Positions 20,001 through 30,109 of a stretch of DNA of 64,000 nucleotides are shown here, in pieces. The DNA comes from Hellea sp. (GTDB taxonomy: Bacteria; Pseudomonadota; Alphaproteobacteria; Caulobacterales; Maricaulaceae). The notes below the pieces were generated by a model. That model made no database searches. It was not told the origin of the DNA and saw only the letters and a program-made list of their open reading frames with translations. Numbering within the stretch: the stretch's first letter is position 1; every line of letters begins with the position of its first letter. Both the position numbers and the translations under genes were made by a program. The stretch lies in NCBI GenBank assembly GCA_020629875.1, contig JAHDCL010000001.1:11953-75952 (forward strand), in the 5' to 3' direction.

Positions 20001-20705
20001 CGGGGCCATATTCGCATTTTGCTCTGCCGCGGGCCAATATTGGGTTTCCACGGCTAAAGATGAGGAGCCAAAGGGGTCAGCCAAAGCGGCTACCCATTCA
20101 TCCGGACGCTCACCTACTATGACATTGCCCACCAGATACAATACTAAGAGCCCTACAGCACTCACATAGACGAGGGCGCGATTGCGAGTGGTAACGGCGA
20201 TAGCTGTATAAATACCGGATACAATTAGGGCATTAATGATAATAAAGAGAAAAAACGGTTGCAGATAATGGGTGAGGGTAAACCTTTGAAAGGTCTCGGG
20301 GTCTCCCCAGGGCATGAAGGGGCCCGCCACTGTCCCAATGACAAGTCCGGAGAGGCTCAGGATTGTGGCTAACCAAACGCCCAGCATCCGCGAAATTAGT
20401 AAATCCTTTGTTTTCACGGGTGTTGAGTGAACGATTTCAACGGATTTATGAGTATCATCCCGCATCACTCCGGTCACAACAAATACGGCGGCGAAGAAAA
20501 TAGAAAATAGGCTAAAGGCAGAGATGGTCAAAGCGATCGGTATCGCGCCATTGACTTTGACGCGTTCTCCGCCCGCTACGCCAATAGCAAAGTCTTCATG
20601 CGACGAAAATAGAACACCCGTAGCGATCATGACGAGCAATGCTATCCAAAACCCAATCTGACGAGTGTGGAGCTGAAGCTCAAAAGCGAGAAGTTTACGC
20701 AGCAT
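17046..20705 (-). CDS. ABC-2 permease fused to M1 family aminopeptidase
   Basis: Two multi-TM permease repeats, then HEIGHQWF...LSEG zinc motif. Confidence 0.88.
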   Translation of the reverse strand: MLRKLLAFELQLHTRQIGFWIALLVMIATGVLFSSHEDFAIGVAGGERVKVNGAIPIALTISAFSLFSIFFAAVFVVTGVMRDDTHKSVEIVHSTPVKTKDLLISRMLGVWLATILSLSGLVIGTVAGPFMPWGDPETFQRFTLTHYLQPFFLFIIINALIVSGIYTAIAVTTRNRALVYVSAVGLLVLYLVGNVIVGERPDEWVAALADPFGSSSLAVETQYWPAAEQNANMAPFTGWVGINRLIYGVLGMALFSLSFLLSSRGIHLRKGKRRNDAAAPAETPKQVTPVQPNLGADFTLQAFWARIKFEYLSTVRSTAFVILIGIAFALFGLVLLVTMFMGASTTLPTSSFMTQVALGSLLFPMLIIMVFFGSDIMWRDRTANLHGILDATPVRDSSLLFAKWGALALLLLTLVMGLLLAGMIAQLGFGWGRVPVVPGTFLAIGIVSFFVGFFFQGMLVMFIQNFMPGRIIGMLVSGAVLIGLIFFIGQLPFYHPLMNFGDVGAGGYSEMGGFSNPKSFGWEFAYWMGLILILGALSMWVWRRGYQIGLKTRLKNISKRMSLPSIATALVGLFAFVGFGYAGLQSYKAENYMNSDQQEANQAEFEKFVGDIWQDPEPRITKVSVRAEFYPNQQTAEFTGRYIIDNPHDEPLARTTVFSGVGPKNITLLEIEGGRVIKGTDFADELREKHSLLEVSFNPPIAPGESREVKFATKFVPPTLTEGSDIARNGTFVDNTDALLVFGNLKAGFLNDPDKRRKYDLGERVQWPDRDDEDARRFNLLTGFSGYADYVDFDAQVCTAESQIPVAPGKFEGETIEGGRRCRSYKSIKPIHNFFSFLSAEYEVRKEVWSNPIGDDVELEIYFHPAHNFNIDIMFDAMKTAMDTFSETFSPYQYAQLRIMEFPYASFAQAFAGTVPFSENIGFVQDPGDAEDPERVDFATYVTMHEIGHQWFAHQLIGAYAKGSNLLSEGLTENATMLAYERQYDYVKARRVHEERSTVQYLAQRTFERDDEPVLAKAEGQNYLNYNKTSWVFWGMRHTMGNENIQRAVKRFLTEYHGTNGAPYPTTLELIDLLKEETDPKYHQLIEDYWNKITFWDLSFTDEIKVTAKGEYFDIVLPIKVDKKYASEEDGKETSVTEIADAELNEWVEIGFYSEDPKNNLGASPFATRFVNLTTAESIQEFTLDQKPTYVVLDPKRSLIERNVKNNVKQPAKKLALSE

Positions 20706-21591
20706 GGCGCGCCCCACTAACGCCCATAAAGCCATTCAAATAAGCGAAATAAGCATCTTCCAGCAATTCATCTCGCCGTTCCCAACCTTTTCCCGGTGAG
20801 GTGGGGGCGAGGACCGAGACAACAGTCGCACCGCGCAAGCGACGTGTCGAAAGGACTGGCATACTCTTCTTTAAGCCATCGACGTATTCGTCGCTTTCGA
20901 AACGCTGGGTCCAAACCTTCCCTTCAATTCGCTCAACGAGGTCCTCTGGCGCACCTCTTACGATCAGTTTGCCATCGCCCATCACGCCCATATCCGTACA
21001 GAGATCCCGAACATCCTCGATAATGTGGGTGGACAGGATGATAATCTTATCATCGCCCGCACGAGATAAAATGTCCAAAAAACGTTGCCGTTCGAGAGGG
21101 TCAAGACCTGCTGTCGGCTCATCAACAATAATCAAGTGCGGGTCACCTAATAACGCTTGGGCTATACCGAAGCGCTGTCGCATGCCGCCGGAGAATGTCG
21201 CAACGCTAGCAGATTTATGAGTCCAGAGGTTTACCATTTGCAGGAGTGTCTCCACTTGTTCCTTGCGCTCGCCCTTATTTGTAAGGCCTTTCAGGATGGC
21301 AATATGGTCAAGTAGTGCCAAAGCGCTCATTCGGGGATACACACCAAAATCCTGCGGGAGGTAGCCCAGAGTTGACCTGATAATATCCGGCTGCTCTATG
21401 ATATCTACACCATCATAGGTGATGATACCCTCATCCGGATTTTGCAGCGTAGCTAATGTCCGCATCAAGGTTGATTTTCCCGCACCATTTGGTCCCAGAA
21501 GCCCAAACAAGCCTGGACCAAGGTCCAAGTTGATATTGTTCATCGCATGGACGTCGCCGAAGCGTTTATGGACATTTTTAATGGATAGCAT
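20695..21591 (-). CDS. ABC transporter ATP-binding protein
   Basis: GPNGAGKS, FSGGMRQR and IVDEPT motifs. Confidence 0.93.
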   Translation of the reverse strand: MLSIKNVHKRFGDVHAMNNINLDLGPGLFGLLGPNGAGKSTLMRTLATLQNPDEGIITYDGVDIIEQPDIIRSTLGYLPQDFGVYPRMSALALLDHIAILKGLTNKGERKEQVETLLQMVNLWTHKSASVATFSGGMRQRFGIAQALLGDPHLIIVDEPTAGLDPLERQRFLDILSRAGDDKIIILSTHIIEDVRDLCTDMGVMGDGKLIVRGAPEDLVERIEGKVWTQRFESDEYVDGLKKSMPVLSTRRLRGATVVSVLAPTSPGKGWERRDELLEDAYFAYLNGFMGVSGARHAA

Positions 21592-21791
21592 TGTCTTCCC
21601 CAAGCTGGACTTTTCTTCCTATTCATAGCCAATTTTTATCGAAAAACAACAAAAATTTTCGAATAACAATAAATTTTGGTCTGATATGGGAGTTGAAGGG
21701 CCTATTGTTATTACCCTCTGGCCGTATTTGACTGGGATGACATTATTGTTCTTTGGAAATAATCTTCACAGCATTGTCACAAAATCCCTAG

Positions 21792-23324
21792 GTGACACCT
21801 GAGGATTTGACCGATAGATTGCCTCTAATGACCGAGGTTAAACCATCTACCCGCCCACTGCTCAACTATGCCTTTGCGCGTGCGCAAGGGGTCTTAGCTA
21901 TGGTGCAAGAAGGGGAGGTTGTTATCGCGCGCCGCCCCGGCGCTAGCCTTGAGGCTTTACTCGAAGCACGACGCGCAATCGGCCAATCAGCGCAGCTCAT
22001 CGACGTAACGCCGGGTGAGTTTGAAAACCATGCCGCCAGAGTTTACGCTCAGGCCGACCTCTCCAGCTCAGCTGAAGATGCGATTGATACACCGGGTGAT
22101 TTGAACGCGCTGGCCAGCGGATTGCCGCGCACTTCTGACTTATTGGATAGTACGGATGACGCGCCCGTTATTCGCTTAATCAATGGAATTCTGCAAGAAG
22201 CCATCCGCAGCCGCGCTTCTGATATTCACATTGAGCCGTATGAACAGCGGCTATCGGTGCGTTTCCGCATTGATGGCTCTTTGCGCGAGATGTTGAGTCT
22301 ACCTGCGCGTCTGGCCTCCGTTTTGGTCTCCCGCGTGAAGGTTATGGCGCAGCTTGATATTGCAAAGAAACGTGTCCCGCAGGATGGACGTTTTTCGCTT
22401 AATCTTGGTGAACGCGCCATTGATGTGCGTGTTTCTACTTTGCCCTCTCGTCACGGCGAACGGTTGGTGATGCGGATATTAGAGCAAGATAGCTCGCGCT
22501 TGGGTCTGCCGGAATTGGGGATGGAAGCGGATATCCTCAAAGCGTTTGAAACAGCTCTTGAGAGACCAAATGGAATTATTCTTGTTACAGGGCCAACCGG
22601 CTCAGGTAAGACAACCACGCTTTATGCCGGACTTTCGCAGCTCAATGATGGGTCGCGGAATATTTTGACTGTTGAGGACCCGGTTGAGTACGCACTGGAC
22701 GGCATCGGGCAAACTCAAGTCAACTCGCAGGTGGGTATGACCTTTGCCGCGGGGTTACGTGCCATCCTCCGACAAGACCCCGATGTGGTGATGGTTGGCG
22801 AGATACGAGATCCTGAAACTGCCGAGATAGCCGTGCAGGCATCGCTGACGGGACACTTAGTGCTTTCTACTGTGCATACGAATTCCGCTATCGCGGCGAT
22901 TGCGCGTTTGCGAGATATGGGTGTGGAGCCATTTTTACTCTCTTCCACGATTACGGCCTTGGTGGCGCAGCGTTTGGTTCGCCGTCTTTGCCCAAACTGT
23001 AAAACGCCATACAAGCCGAGCCCGACAGAACAAGCTGAGCTTGGTATCCGAAAATCAAATGTGACGTTTTATAAACCTAATGGCTGCTCCTCTTGTCAGG
23101 ACATTGGCTATACTGGGCGTCTTGGAATATATGAAATTGTTACACTCGATGATAAACTGCGCGCTATGATACATAACGGGGCGAGCGAGTCTGATATGAG
23201 TAAATATGCGTTTTCCAAAAGGCATACTCTGCTTGGGAGTGGCACTGATAAAGTTCTGTCCGGGGAAACCTCAGCGGAAGAAGTACTGCGCGTCTGTAAG
23301 TCGAATACAGCCGAAGAGATTTAG
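21792..23324 (+). CDS. gspE: T2SS ATPase GspE
   Basis: GPTGSGKT, LRQDPD and CPNC...CSSC motifs. Confidence 0.93.
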   Translation: MTPEDLTDRLPLMTEVKPSTRPLLNYAFARAQGVLAMVQEGEVVIARRPGASLEALLEARRAIGQSAQLIDVTPGEFENHAARVYAQADLSSSAEDAIDTPGDLNALASGLPRTSDLLDSTDDAPVIRLINGILQEAIRSRASDIHIEPYEQRLSVRFRIDGSLREMLSLPARLASVLVSRVKVMAQLDIAKKRVPQDGRFSLNLGERAIDVRVSTLPSRHGERLVMRILEQDSSRLGLPELGMEADILKAFETALERPNGIILVTGPTGSGKTTTLYAGLSQLNDGSRNILTVEDPVEYALDGIGQTQVNSQVGMTFAAGLRAILRQDPDVVMVGEIRDPETAEIAVQASLTGHLVLSTVHTNSAIAAIARLRDMGVEPFLLSSTITALVAQRLVRRLCPNCKTPYKPSPTEQAELGIRKSNVTFYKPNGCSSCQDIGYTGRLGIYEIVTLDDKLRAMIHNGASESDMSKYAFSKRHTLLGSGTDKVLSGETSAEEVLRVCKSNTAEEI

Positions 23325-23329
23325 GTCGG

Positions 23330-24538
23330 ATGGAAGCCTTTGACTATGCAGCGCTGGATTCGACCGGCAAGCGCCAGAGGGGAACTGTCATGGCATCGTC
23401 GGCTCGTGATGCGCGTGATATATTGCGCGCTCGAGCATTGATGCCGCTAGACCTTGCGCCAAGCAAGTCTAAAAAAAAGAAAAATGCTGGAACCGCTGCG
23501 TCGGGCGTTAAACATAAGCATTTAACTCAGGCCACACGCCAACTTGCCATTTTAATCGAGGCGGCCACGCCTGTCGAAGAAGCGTTAAAAATCACAGCCC
23601 TACAATTTGAGCGCTCCCCAATGAAAGGTGCACTGCTTTCAATTCGCGCGCAGGTTATGGAGGGGTTGCGTCTGTCTGATGCTCTGCGGGGGCAGCCTAA
23701 AGTTTTTCCAGAATTATACACGGCGATGGTAGCGTCGGGTGAAACATCAGGAAGGTTACCTGCTGTCTTGGAACGCCTTGCAGACGACCTTGAGGCTGCC
23801 CAAAAAATTCGGCGGAAAATCTTGGGTGCAACGGCCTATCCCATCGTGCTGTCGATTGTCGCCTTGCTGGTGGTTGCAATCTTGATGGTTGCTGTTGTCC
23901 CTAAGGTCGTCGATCAATTTGATAGTTTCGGGCAAGAGCTACCTACGCTGACAAAAGTTGTGATAGCGCTTTCCGCTTGGATGCAAAAATGGGGATTGAT
24001 TACGTTAGGGTCTATTTTCGTAAGTATCTTTGCGTTTCGCCATGCCCTAAAACAGGAAGGTTTTAAGTATCGTTGGGACACTTTAGTGCTGCGCTTGCCG
24101 ATGATGGGCAAAATAATTCGCAATATGAATGCAGCGCGCTTCGCGCGGACAATGGCGGGTTTAGTCGATAGCGGAACGCCTGCTTTGACGGCACTGGAAA
24201 CCGCGCGGCATACTTTGCAAAACTCTGTCATGCGCGAAGCCGTAAGCGACGCTGCAATCAAAGTACGTGAGGGTTCGGCAATTAGTAGCGCGCTGAGGGG
24301 AACCGCGGTATTTCCGCCCCTCGTAGTGCAAATGGTTGCTGGCGGCGAGGCAAGTGGGGACATGGGCAGAATGTTTTCAAAATCCGCCGATTATTTAGAA
24401 GAGGAATTTGATAGCGCGACAACGGTCTTTTTGACCCTTCTTGAACCTTTGATAATTATATTTCTTGCGGGAATTGTGCTACTGATTATTGCAGCGATTT
24501 TCCTGCCAATTTTACGACTAAATACATTGGCTTTTTAG
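23330..24538 (+). CDS. gspF: T2SS inner-membrane protein GspF
   Basis: GETSGRL and LLEP repeats; 3 TM. Confidence 0.93.
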   Translation: MEAFDYAALDSTGKRQRGTVMASSARDARDILRARALMPLDLAPSKSKKKKNAGTAASGVKHKHLTQATRQLAILIEAATPVEEALKITALQFERSPMKGALLSIRAQVMEGLRLSDALRGQPKVFPELYTAMVASGETSGRLPAVLERLADDLEAAQKIRRKILGATAYPIVLSIVALLVVAILMVAVVPKVVDQFDSFGQELPTLTKVVIALSAWMQKWGLITLGSIFVSIFAFRHALKQEGFKYRWDTLVLRLPMMGKIIRNMNAARFARTMAGLVDSGTPALTALETARHTLQNSVMREAVSDAAIKVREGSAISSALRGTAVFPPLVVQMVAGGEASGDMGRMFSKSADYLEEEFDSATTVFLTLLEPLIIIFLAGIVLLIIAAIFLPILRLNTLAF

Positions 24539-24549
24539 AGGGCTTAGAC

Positions 24550-24993
24550 ATGCAAAATAAACAGGTAAAAGAGACGCCAAAAGCTGAAGAAGGTTTCACT
24601 CTTGTTGAAGTGATGGTGACCCTTGTGATTATAGGTCTGCTGACAACCTTTGTTGTTATTAACGTTCTGCCAGCTCAGGACAAAGCGCTTGTTCAAAAGG
24701 CGAAGGGCGATATCCGTATCCTTGAGCAAGCAATGGAGATGTATCGCCTCGATATGTTTGACTACCCTGAGCAAGAGGCCGGCCTTGAAGCTCTAAAAGA
24801 AATGCCTAGCGGAGCCAATGAGGCGCGTTACCGGAAAGGGGGGTATATTAAATTATTGCCTAATGACCCTTGGGGGCGTCCCTATATATATCGCTATCCT
24901 GGGGAAAATGGTGTTTTTGATATTCTCTCATATGGTTCCGATGGCGAGCCGGGCGGAGAAGATCAAGCCGCAGATATTGTTAACTGGGAATAA
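24550..24993 (+). CDS. gspG: Major pseudopilin GspG
   Basis: GFTLVE, DPWGRPY and GSDG motifs. Confidence 0.95.
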   Translation: MQNKQVKETPKAEEGFTLVEVMVTLVIIGLLTTFVVINVLPAQDKALVQKAKGDIRILEQAMEMYRLDMFDYPEQEAGLEALKEMPSGANEARYRKGGYIKLLPNDPWGRPYIYRYPGENGVFDILSYGSDGEPGGEDQAADIVNWE

Positions 24994-24998
24994 GCTCT

Positions 24999-25472
24999 GT
25001 GGGTCGCCGTATCACGAGAGAATCGGGCTTTACACTTGTTGAGATACTTAGTGTCTTAGTCGTCGTTGGCCTTATGTCTTCTGTGGTTATTTTATCGATG
25101 CCGCAACCAAAATCCACCTTGGATAAAGAAGCGGAGCGCTTAGTTATTGAGTTAAATGCCTTGGCCCAAGATGGCCTGATAAGTGGATCAGTTAATGCGG
25201 TAGGGTTTTCTGAAGGGGGTTACGTGCTGTATCGTTTCGAAAATAGCGAATGGGCGGAGCAGGCTTCCAGAGAGTGGCGTGAAAGTTACCATATGACGTT
25301 CAGCCGGAATTCATCCAAACTTGAGCTTCCAAAAAATTTCGAGCCTATAATCCTATTTCAGCCCACAGGACTTTCGACGCCTTTTGAACTTACCCTCTCA
25401 AATGGTGATCAGAATTATGTCATTGAAAGCAGAGGCGACGGGCGCGTGAATTTAGTGAAGTCAATCCAATGA
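24999..25472 (+). CDS. gspH: Minor pseudopilin GspH
   Basis: GFTLVE prepilin motif; gene order. Confidence 0.8.
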   Translation: MGRRITRESGFTLVEILSVLVVVGLMSSVVILSMPQPKSTLDKEAERLVIELNALAQDGLISGSVNAVGFSEGGYVLYRFENSEWAEQASREWRESYHMTFSRNSSKLELPKNFEPIILFQPTGLSTPFELTLSNGDQNYVIESRGDGRVNLVKSIQ

Positions 25473-25828
25473 GAGACGAAGGTTTTACATTGGTTGAGGT
25501 TCTCGCGGCTTTATTGATATTTAGTTTTGCGATTATTGGTTTGACGCGTGCGGGTACGGAGTCGGTTCGCGCTGTTAGCGTTTTAAAAGATAAATCATAT
25601 GCAGGAATCGTTGCAGATAATCAGCTCATTCGCTCGCGTATCACGCCGCTTGAAGTTGGGGTTAAGACAGGTGAAGAATCGGTGAGTGGTAAACGATATG
25701 ATTGGCGCTTGGAGACTTCGAAGACTGAAAGCGAGGGGTTTTATAAACTGGAGGTAAGCGTCCATGACGCTGAGAGCGACCAGCTTATTCTCTCGCGTAC
25801 GGCCTTCCGCACGGATAGTGCCATATGA
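25469..25828 (+). CDS. gspI: Minor pseudopilin GspI
   Basis: GFTLVE, A.IVADNQL; gene order. Confidence 0.85.
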   Translation: MRDEGFTLVEVLAALLIFSFAIIGLTRAGTESVRAVSVLKDKSYAGIVADNQLIRSRITPLEVGVKTGEESVSGKRYDWRLETSKTESEGFYKLEVSVHDAESDQLILSRTAFRTDSAI

Positions 25829-26442
25829 AGGTGAATTGTCATCAAGAGGCCGGATTTACACTTGTCGAAGTTCTCATATCGCTATTTATCTTCGCCCTAA
25901 TTTCCGTGGGAACCATGTCCGCGTTAACCCAGAGTCTACAAGGGAAGAACCGCTTGGCAGCCTCTATGGAGGAGATACATTCACTCAATGCTGCGAGATC
26001 TATTCTACGGTCGGATATGTCGGCTTTAACCTTGCGCCAAGGCCGAGATGAACTTGGCGGTCTCACTCCATATGTATTGACGACGGATGGGGAGGCATTG
26101 TTAAGTTTCACTCGAAGCGGTCGGCAGAATCCGGGCGGATTAGAACAGAGGGGAGACTTAGAGCGCGTGGAGTACCATTTTGAGAATGGCGCCCTTATTC
26201 GTCGATCTTATGCTCATGAAAACCCAGCACAGCTTGCCAAAACCACTGATCGTGTGCTGCTGGAAAATCTGCAAGGCGCCAAATTATATGCGGTGATCTA
26301 TCAATTTAATTCCTTGGCGAAAATTGACGGTTTGCGCTTGCAGGCAGGCGGCGGCGATAGCCTCAAGCCTAGTGCAATTATGATAGAAGTTACGGATGAA
26401 TATGGCGAATTAACAGAACACCTCTTCGAGATTGGCGCATGA
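25825..26442 (+). CDS. gspJ: Minor pseudopilin GspJ
   Basis: GFTLVE, RSGRQNP, RVEY. Confidence 0.85.
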   Translation: MKVNCHQEAGFTLVEVLISLFIFALISVGTMSALTQSLQGKNRLAASMEEIHSLNAARSILRSDMSALTLRQGRDELGGLTPYVLTTDGEALLSFTRSGRQNPGGLEQRGDLERVEYHFENGALIRRSYAHENPAQLAKTTDRVLLENLQGAKLYAVIYQFNSLAKIDGLRLQAGGGDSLKPSAIMIEVTDEYGELTEHLFEIGA

Positions 26443-27440
26443 GACCTTCGGATAAAGAGGGCGGTACCGTTCTGTTGACAACTCTGCTAATTATGACCGT
26501 AATGGCGGCTGTTTCCGTAGCCATAATGGATGATATCCGGTTCGCCGTGAAGAGAACTATTAATGTCGGGGACTATGCGCAAGTTGATTGGTACGTTAAG
26601 GGCGCAGAAGATTTTGCCGAAAGCTATATAACATCCGAACTTGGCGCGTTGCAGCCAGAAATGCAAAACCAGTTATTCAAGGAGGCGCAAACTTTTACCT
26701 TTCCCTATGAAGGGGGTATGATGCGGTTGAATGTACGTGATGGCACAGACTGTTTCGCCCTAGGTAGTCTTGTGAGTTCTGAGGGGGTGAGCGCATCCGT
26801 CGGGAGACGCCAGTTTTCGAATCTACTAATTGCCCTTGGCTGGCCGGATAATGACGCGCGAAACCTGACGGGAGTGTTAGCGGACTGGATAGATACGGAC
26901 ACGCAGCGCGGATTAAACGGAGCTGAAGATGGGGACTATCTTCGCCGTGAACCGCCCCACCGCACCGCGAATACGGCATTGGCCTCGGTTATGGAACTGC
27001 GCAGTTTAGAGGGTATGACGGAAGAGCTCTATCAATCTATTCGACCTTACCTTTGCGCGCGCGCGGCAGGCGAGAACTCAATGTTGAATATCAACACCGC
27101 CGAGCCGATTGACGCCTTTTTGCTTTCCGCGATCTTGGGAGGGGTGGAGCATTACCAAACGGCATTACAAATAATCACGGAACGTCCGCCGGAGGGTTAT
27201 AAAGAGGAGAGTTTTCAAGACATTCCAGCCTTGCAAGATTTTTCGGGTGTTGAACCCGCTTATGATCAAATCGCATATGCGCCACAATATCTCTGGGTTG
27301 AAGTCGGGGTTGATTACCTTAATGCGTCTCGGCTAGTCACTTATGAATATGATATTCAGCAAGGTACGAAGCTGACATATCAAGGGTGGGGGAGTGAAAG
27401 CTTTCGCCCAACATTGGAAGAAGAGTTAGAAACACAATGA
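26439..27440 (+). CDS. gspK: Minor pseudopilin GspK
   Basis: GTVLLTTL, LADWIDTD, GAED, LNINTA. Confidence 0.88.
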   Translation: MRPSDKEGGTVLLTTLLIMTVMAAVSVAIMDDIRFAVKRTINVGDYAQVDWYVKGAEDFAESYITSELGALQPEMQNQLFKEAQTFTFPYEGGMMRLNVRDGTDCFALGSLVSSEGVSASVGRRQFSNLLIALGWPDNDARNLTGVLADWIDTDTQRGLNGAEDGDYLRREPPHRTANTALASVMELRSLEGMTEELYQSIRPYLCARAAGENSMLNINTAEPIDAFLLSAILGGVEHYQTALQIITERPPEGYKEESFQDIPALQDFSGVEPAYDQIAYAPQYLWVEVGVDYLNASRLVTYEYDIQQGTKLTYQGWGSESFRPTLEEELETQ

Positions 27441-28489
27441 CCGAGCGACTAATCATTGTCATGCCGACCCGTACTGATGGCCCTGGGCTTTGGGGTGTCG
27501 TCGAAGGTGACCGTGTCCTCACATATGGCCGCGATGCACCGCCGATGAGTAGCAGAAGAGAGGTCGTGGCTATATTGCCCGGGCAGAGCGTGCGCATATA
27601 TCTCCATGATCTGCCAAATACTTCCAAGCGTGATCGTCTTCGCGCGGCCGGCTTCTCGATTGAGGATAAAATTTCCGTTTCGCTCGATCGTGTCCACATT
27701 GCTTTGTCCGATGATCGTGTTGCTGTGATTGATAAAGACGTGCTGTCAGAGAACCTGACCCATCTCAAAGAGGCTGGCCTCTCTCCGCTGAGGGCGATTG
27801 CAGATTTTGAGGCGCTAACAGACCTTGATGGCGACGTATCATTGCTTGACCGAGTTGTAACTACAGGGCTTACGGGCCATGCGATGGATATCGAATGGGC
27901 CAAGGATGGACAAAGCTATTCTGATGAAGCGCTCTTAGGCGCTATAGGAGCGAGGCTTGAGAAAAATGAGTCTCTAAATATCCTGCAAAACGGCTTTTCT
28001 CCAAAAGGCGACTTTCAATTCAACTGGAAAAAAATGCTGCCGCTAGGCGGACTGGCGGCTTGTCTTGGACTCGCTGCTTTGGTTTTTCATGGAGCAGAGG
28101 CGAGGGCACTAAAGCTTCAGGCCTCAGACTTGAAAACACAAACGGCGAGAATTTACGCTGATGCAACGGGGCAGGCTGCACCGTCTAATCCTGCTCTTGC
28201 AGCAACGCGTGCTTTGAAATCTGGTGCAAATGACAATCTTGCTTTTCTCCGACTCTCGAAAATTCTATTTTCGGGTGTAGCGCAAGTCGAAGGACTATCG
28301 GTTGAGCAACTTCGCTATCAAGATAGCAAGAATGAGTTACAACTGCGCTTGATTTATCCGAGCTTTGAAAGTGCTGGGGAGTTCGAAGCGGTAATTCGCG
28401 CGGCTGGAGGGCGTCTGACTACGGGTGGAGTACGGGAACAGTCGGGACGTTTTATTGGCGAAGCAACTTTACAAGAGGGCGCGTCATGA
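27437..28489 (+). CDS. gspL: T2SS protein GspL
   Basis: Cytoplasmic domain, LNILQNGF, single TM; gene order. Confidence 0.78.
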   Translation: MTERLIIVMPTRTDGPGLWGVVEGDRVLTYGRDAPPMSSRREVVAILPGQSVRIYLHDLPNTSKRDRLRAAGFSIEDKISVSLDRVHIALSDDRVAVIDKDVLSENLTHLKEAGLSPLRAIADFEALTDLDGDVSLLDRVVTTGLTGHAMDIEWAKDGQSYSDEALLGAIGARLEKNESLNILQNGFSPKGDFQFNWKKMLPLGGLAACLGLAALVFHGAEARALKLQASDLKTQTARIYADATGQAAPSNPALAATRALKSGANDNLAFLRLSKILFSGVAQVEGLSVEQLRYQDSKNELQLRLIYPSFESAGEFEAVIRAAGGRLTTGGVREQSGRFIGEATLQEGAS

Positions 28490-28944
28490 TGGCCTTTCTG
28501 AAATGGGATGAACGGGCACCTTATGAGAAAGCCATTATGGCGGCGCTAGGAATAGCTATTGTTTTAGCCATTTTATTTCTCTTGATAGTCAAGCCGGTTC
28601 TTACTGCTCATAACACTGCTGAGGCGAATGCGAATAAAGCGCTACGCGACTATGAGATTGTCTCCCGGGCGGTACCGCAACTCGCTCAAGGGCCCTCTGC
28701 ATCTGGTGCCCCTTTTAACCGGGCGGCCTTAATCAGTACATCGCAGCGTCAAGATATTCGTCTCTCGCGGATTAACCCTGATAATGGCACGCTAACTGTT
28801 TGGGTTGATGACGTTGAAACGGTGAAGCTCTATCAACTTATCAGTACTTTAATGACGCAAAATGGGGCTGAGCTTTCACGTGCTACGATCACGGCAGATG
28901 ATAATGGACTCCTATCGGCGCAACTTACTTTGAAAACAAATTGA
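28486..28944 (+). CDS. gspM: T2SS protein GspM
   Basis: W..RAPYEK then TM; gene order. Confidence 0.75.
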   Translation: MMAFLKWDERAPYEKAIMAALGIAIVLAILFLLIVKPVLTAHNTAEANANKALRDYEIVSRAVPQLAQGPSASGAPFNRAALISTSQRQDIRLSRINPDNGTLTVWVDDVETVKLYQLISTLMTQNGAELSRATITADDNGLLSAQLTLKTN

Positions 28945-29002
28945 TATAATCTGTTACAGATTTTGTCTGTGGGATTTGGCACTGGCAGGCTAAGGGCCGA
29001 GT

Positions 29003-30109
29003 ATGAAATTTCCATTTATAGATTTACAAGCCCAGCGCTCTGTCATCTCAGAGAGAGTCGAAGCTGCCTTAAAGCGCGTGATGGAGCATGGGCAATATAT
29101 TCTCGGGCCCGAAGTAACGCAATTTGAAGAGCAGTTAGCCGAGTTTGAAGGCGGCGGTCATGTCGTCTCATGCGCCAACGGTACAGATGCACTCATTTTG
29201 CCAATGATGGCTTGGGGCATAGGAACGGGTGATGTCGTGTTCTGCCCTAGTTGGACCTATGCAGCGACCGCAGAAGCCATTGCCCTTATGGGCGCAACGC
29301 CATGCTTCGTTGACGTTGATCCTGAAACTTATAATATTTGTCCAAAGTCTCTTAGAGCTGCGATAGGGGAGAGTTCGAATCCGAAAGCTATCATTGCAGT
29401 GGATATTTTCGGACAGCCTGCGGACTACCCGAGTATCCGTAAAATCGCGGACGAGTTCGAATTAAAGCTTATTGCGGACTCTGCACAAGGTTTGGGTTGT
29501 CGATTAAATGGTAATGCGCCTCTTAAGTGGGCGGATGTCGTCACATCTAGTTTTTTTCCAGCTAAGCCTTTGGGATGTTATGGTGATGGCGGAGCGGTGC
29601 TCACGCGCGATGAAGAGCTGAAAGATAAACTCTTGAGTCTCCGCTTTCATGGACGCGGGGAGCGCGCTGGCGATCACGCGCTGATTGGCCTGAATTCCCG
29701 CCTAGATACCCTGCAGGCGGCCATTCTTCTGGAGAAACTAAATATTTTTGAGGAAGAGATTGAAGCGCGGAACCGGATCGCGGAGCGATATACGCAAGCA
29801 TTGAAGTCGAATATTCTACGCACACCTAAGGTTATTGAAGGCGGGCTTTCCACATGGGCGCAATATGCCATTGAGGTGCCTAACCGGGATGTGGTTATGG
29901 CGGGGATGCGCGCAGCAGAAATTCCGGTGGCTGCTTATTATCCTCTGCCGACACACATGCAGACGGCCTATAAAGACTTTCCAGTCTCGCCTGACGGGCT
30001 ACCCAATACGATGGCGGCAAAAGATGCTATTATGGCACTCCCGATGCATGCCTATCTTAAACCAGAAGACCAGGATGCAGTGATTGAGACCTTATTGGGG
30101 CTTGTTTGA
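29003..30109 (+). CDS. DegT/DnrJ/EryC1/StrS sugar aminotransferase
   Basis: CANGTDAL, DSAQ, SFFPAKPLGCYGDGG and NSRLDTLQAA. Confidence 0.92.
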   Translation: MKFPFIDLQAQRSVISERVEAALKRVMEHGQYILGPEVTQFEEQLAEFEGGGHVVSCANGTDALILPMMAWGIGTGDVVFCPSWTYAATAEAIALMGATPCFVDVDPETYNICPKSLRAAIGESSNPKAIIAVDIFGQPADYPSIRKIADEFELKLIADSAQGLGCRLNGNAPLKWADVVTSSFFPAKPLGCYGDGGAVLTRDEELKDKLLSLRFHGRGERAGDHALIGLNSRLDTLQAAILLEKLNIFEEEIEARNRIAERYTQALKSNILRTPKVIEGGLSTWAQYAIEVPNRDVVMAGMRAAEIPVAAYYPLPTHMQTAYKDFPVSPDGLPNTMAAKDAIMALPMHAYLKPEDQDAVIETLLGLV

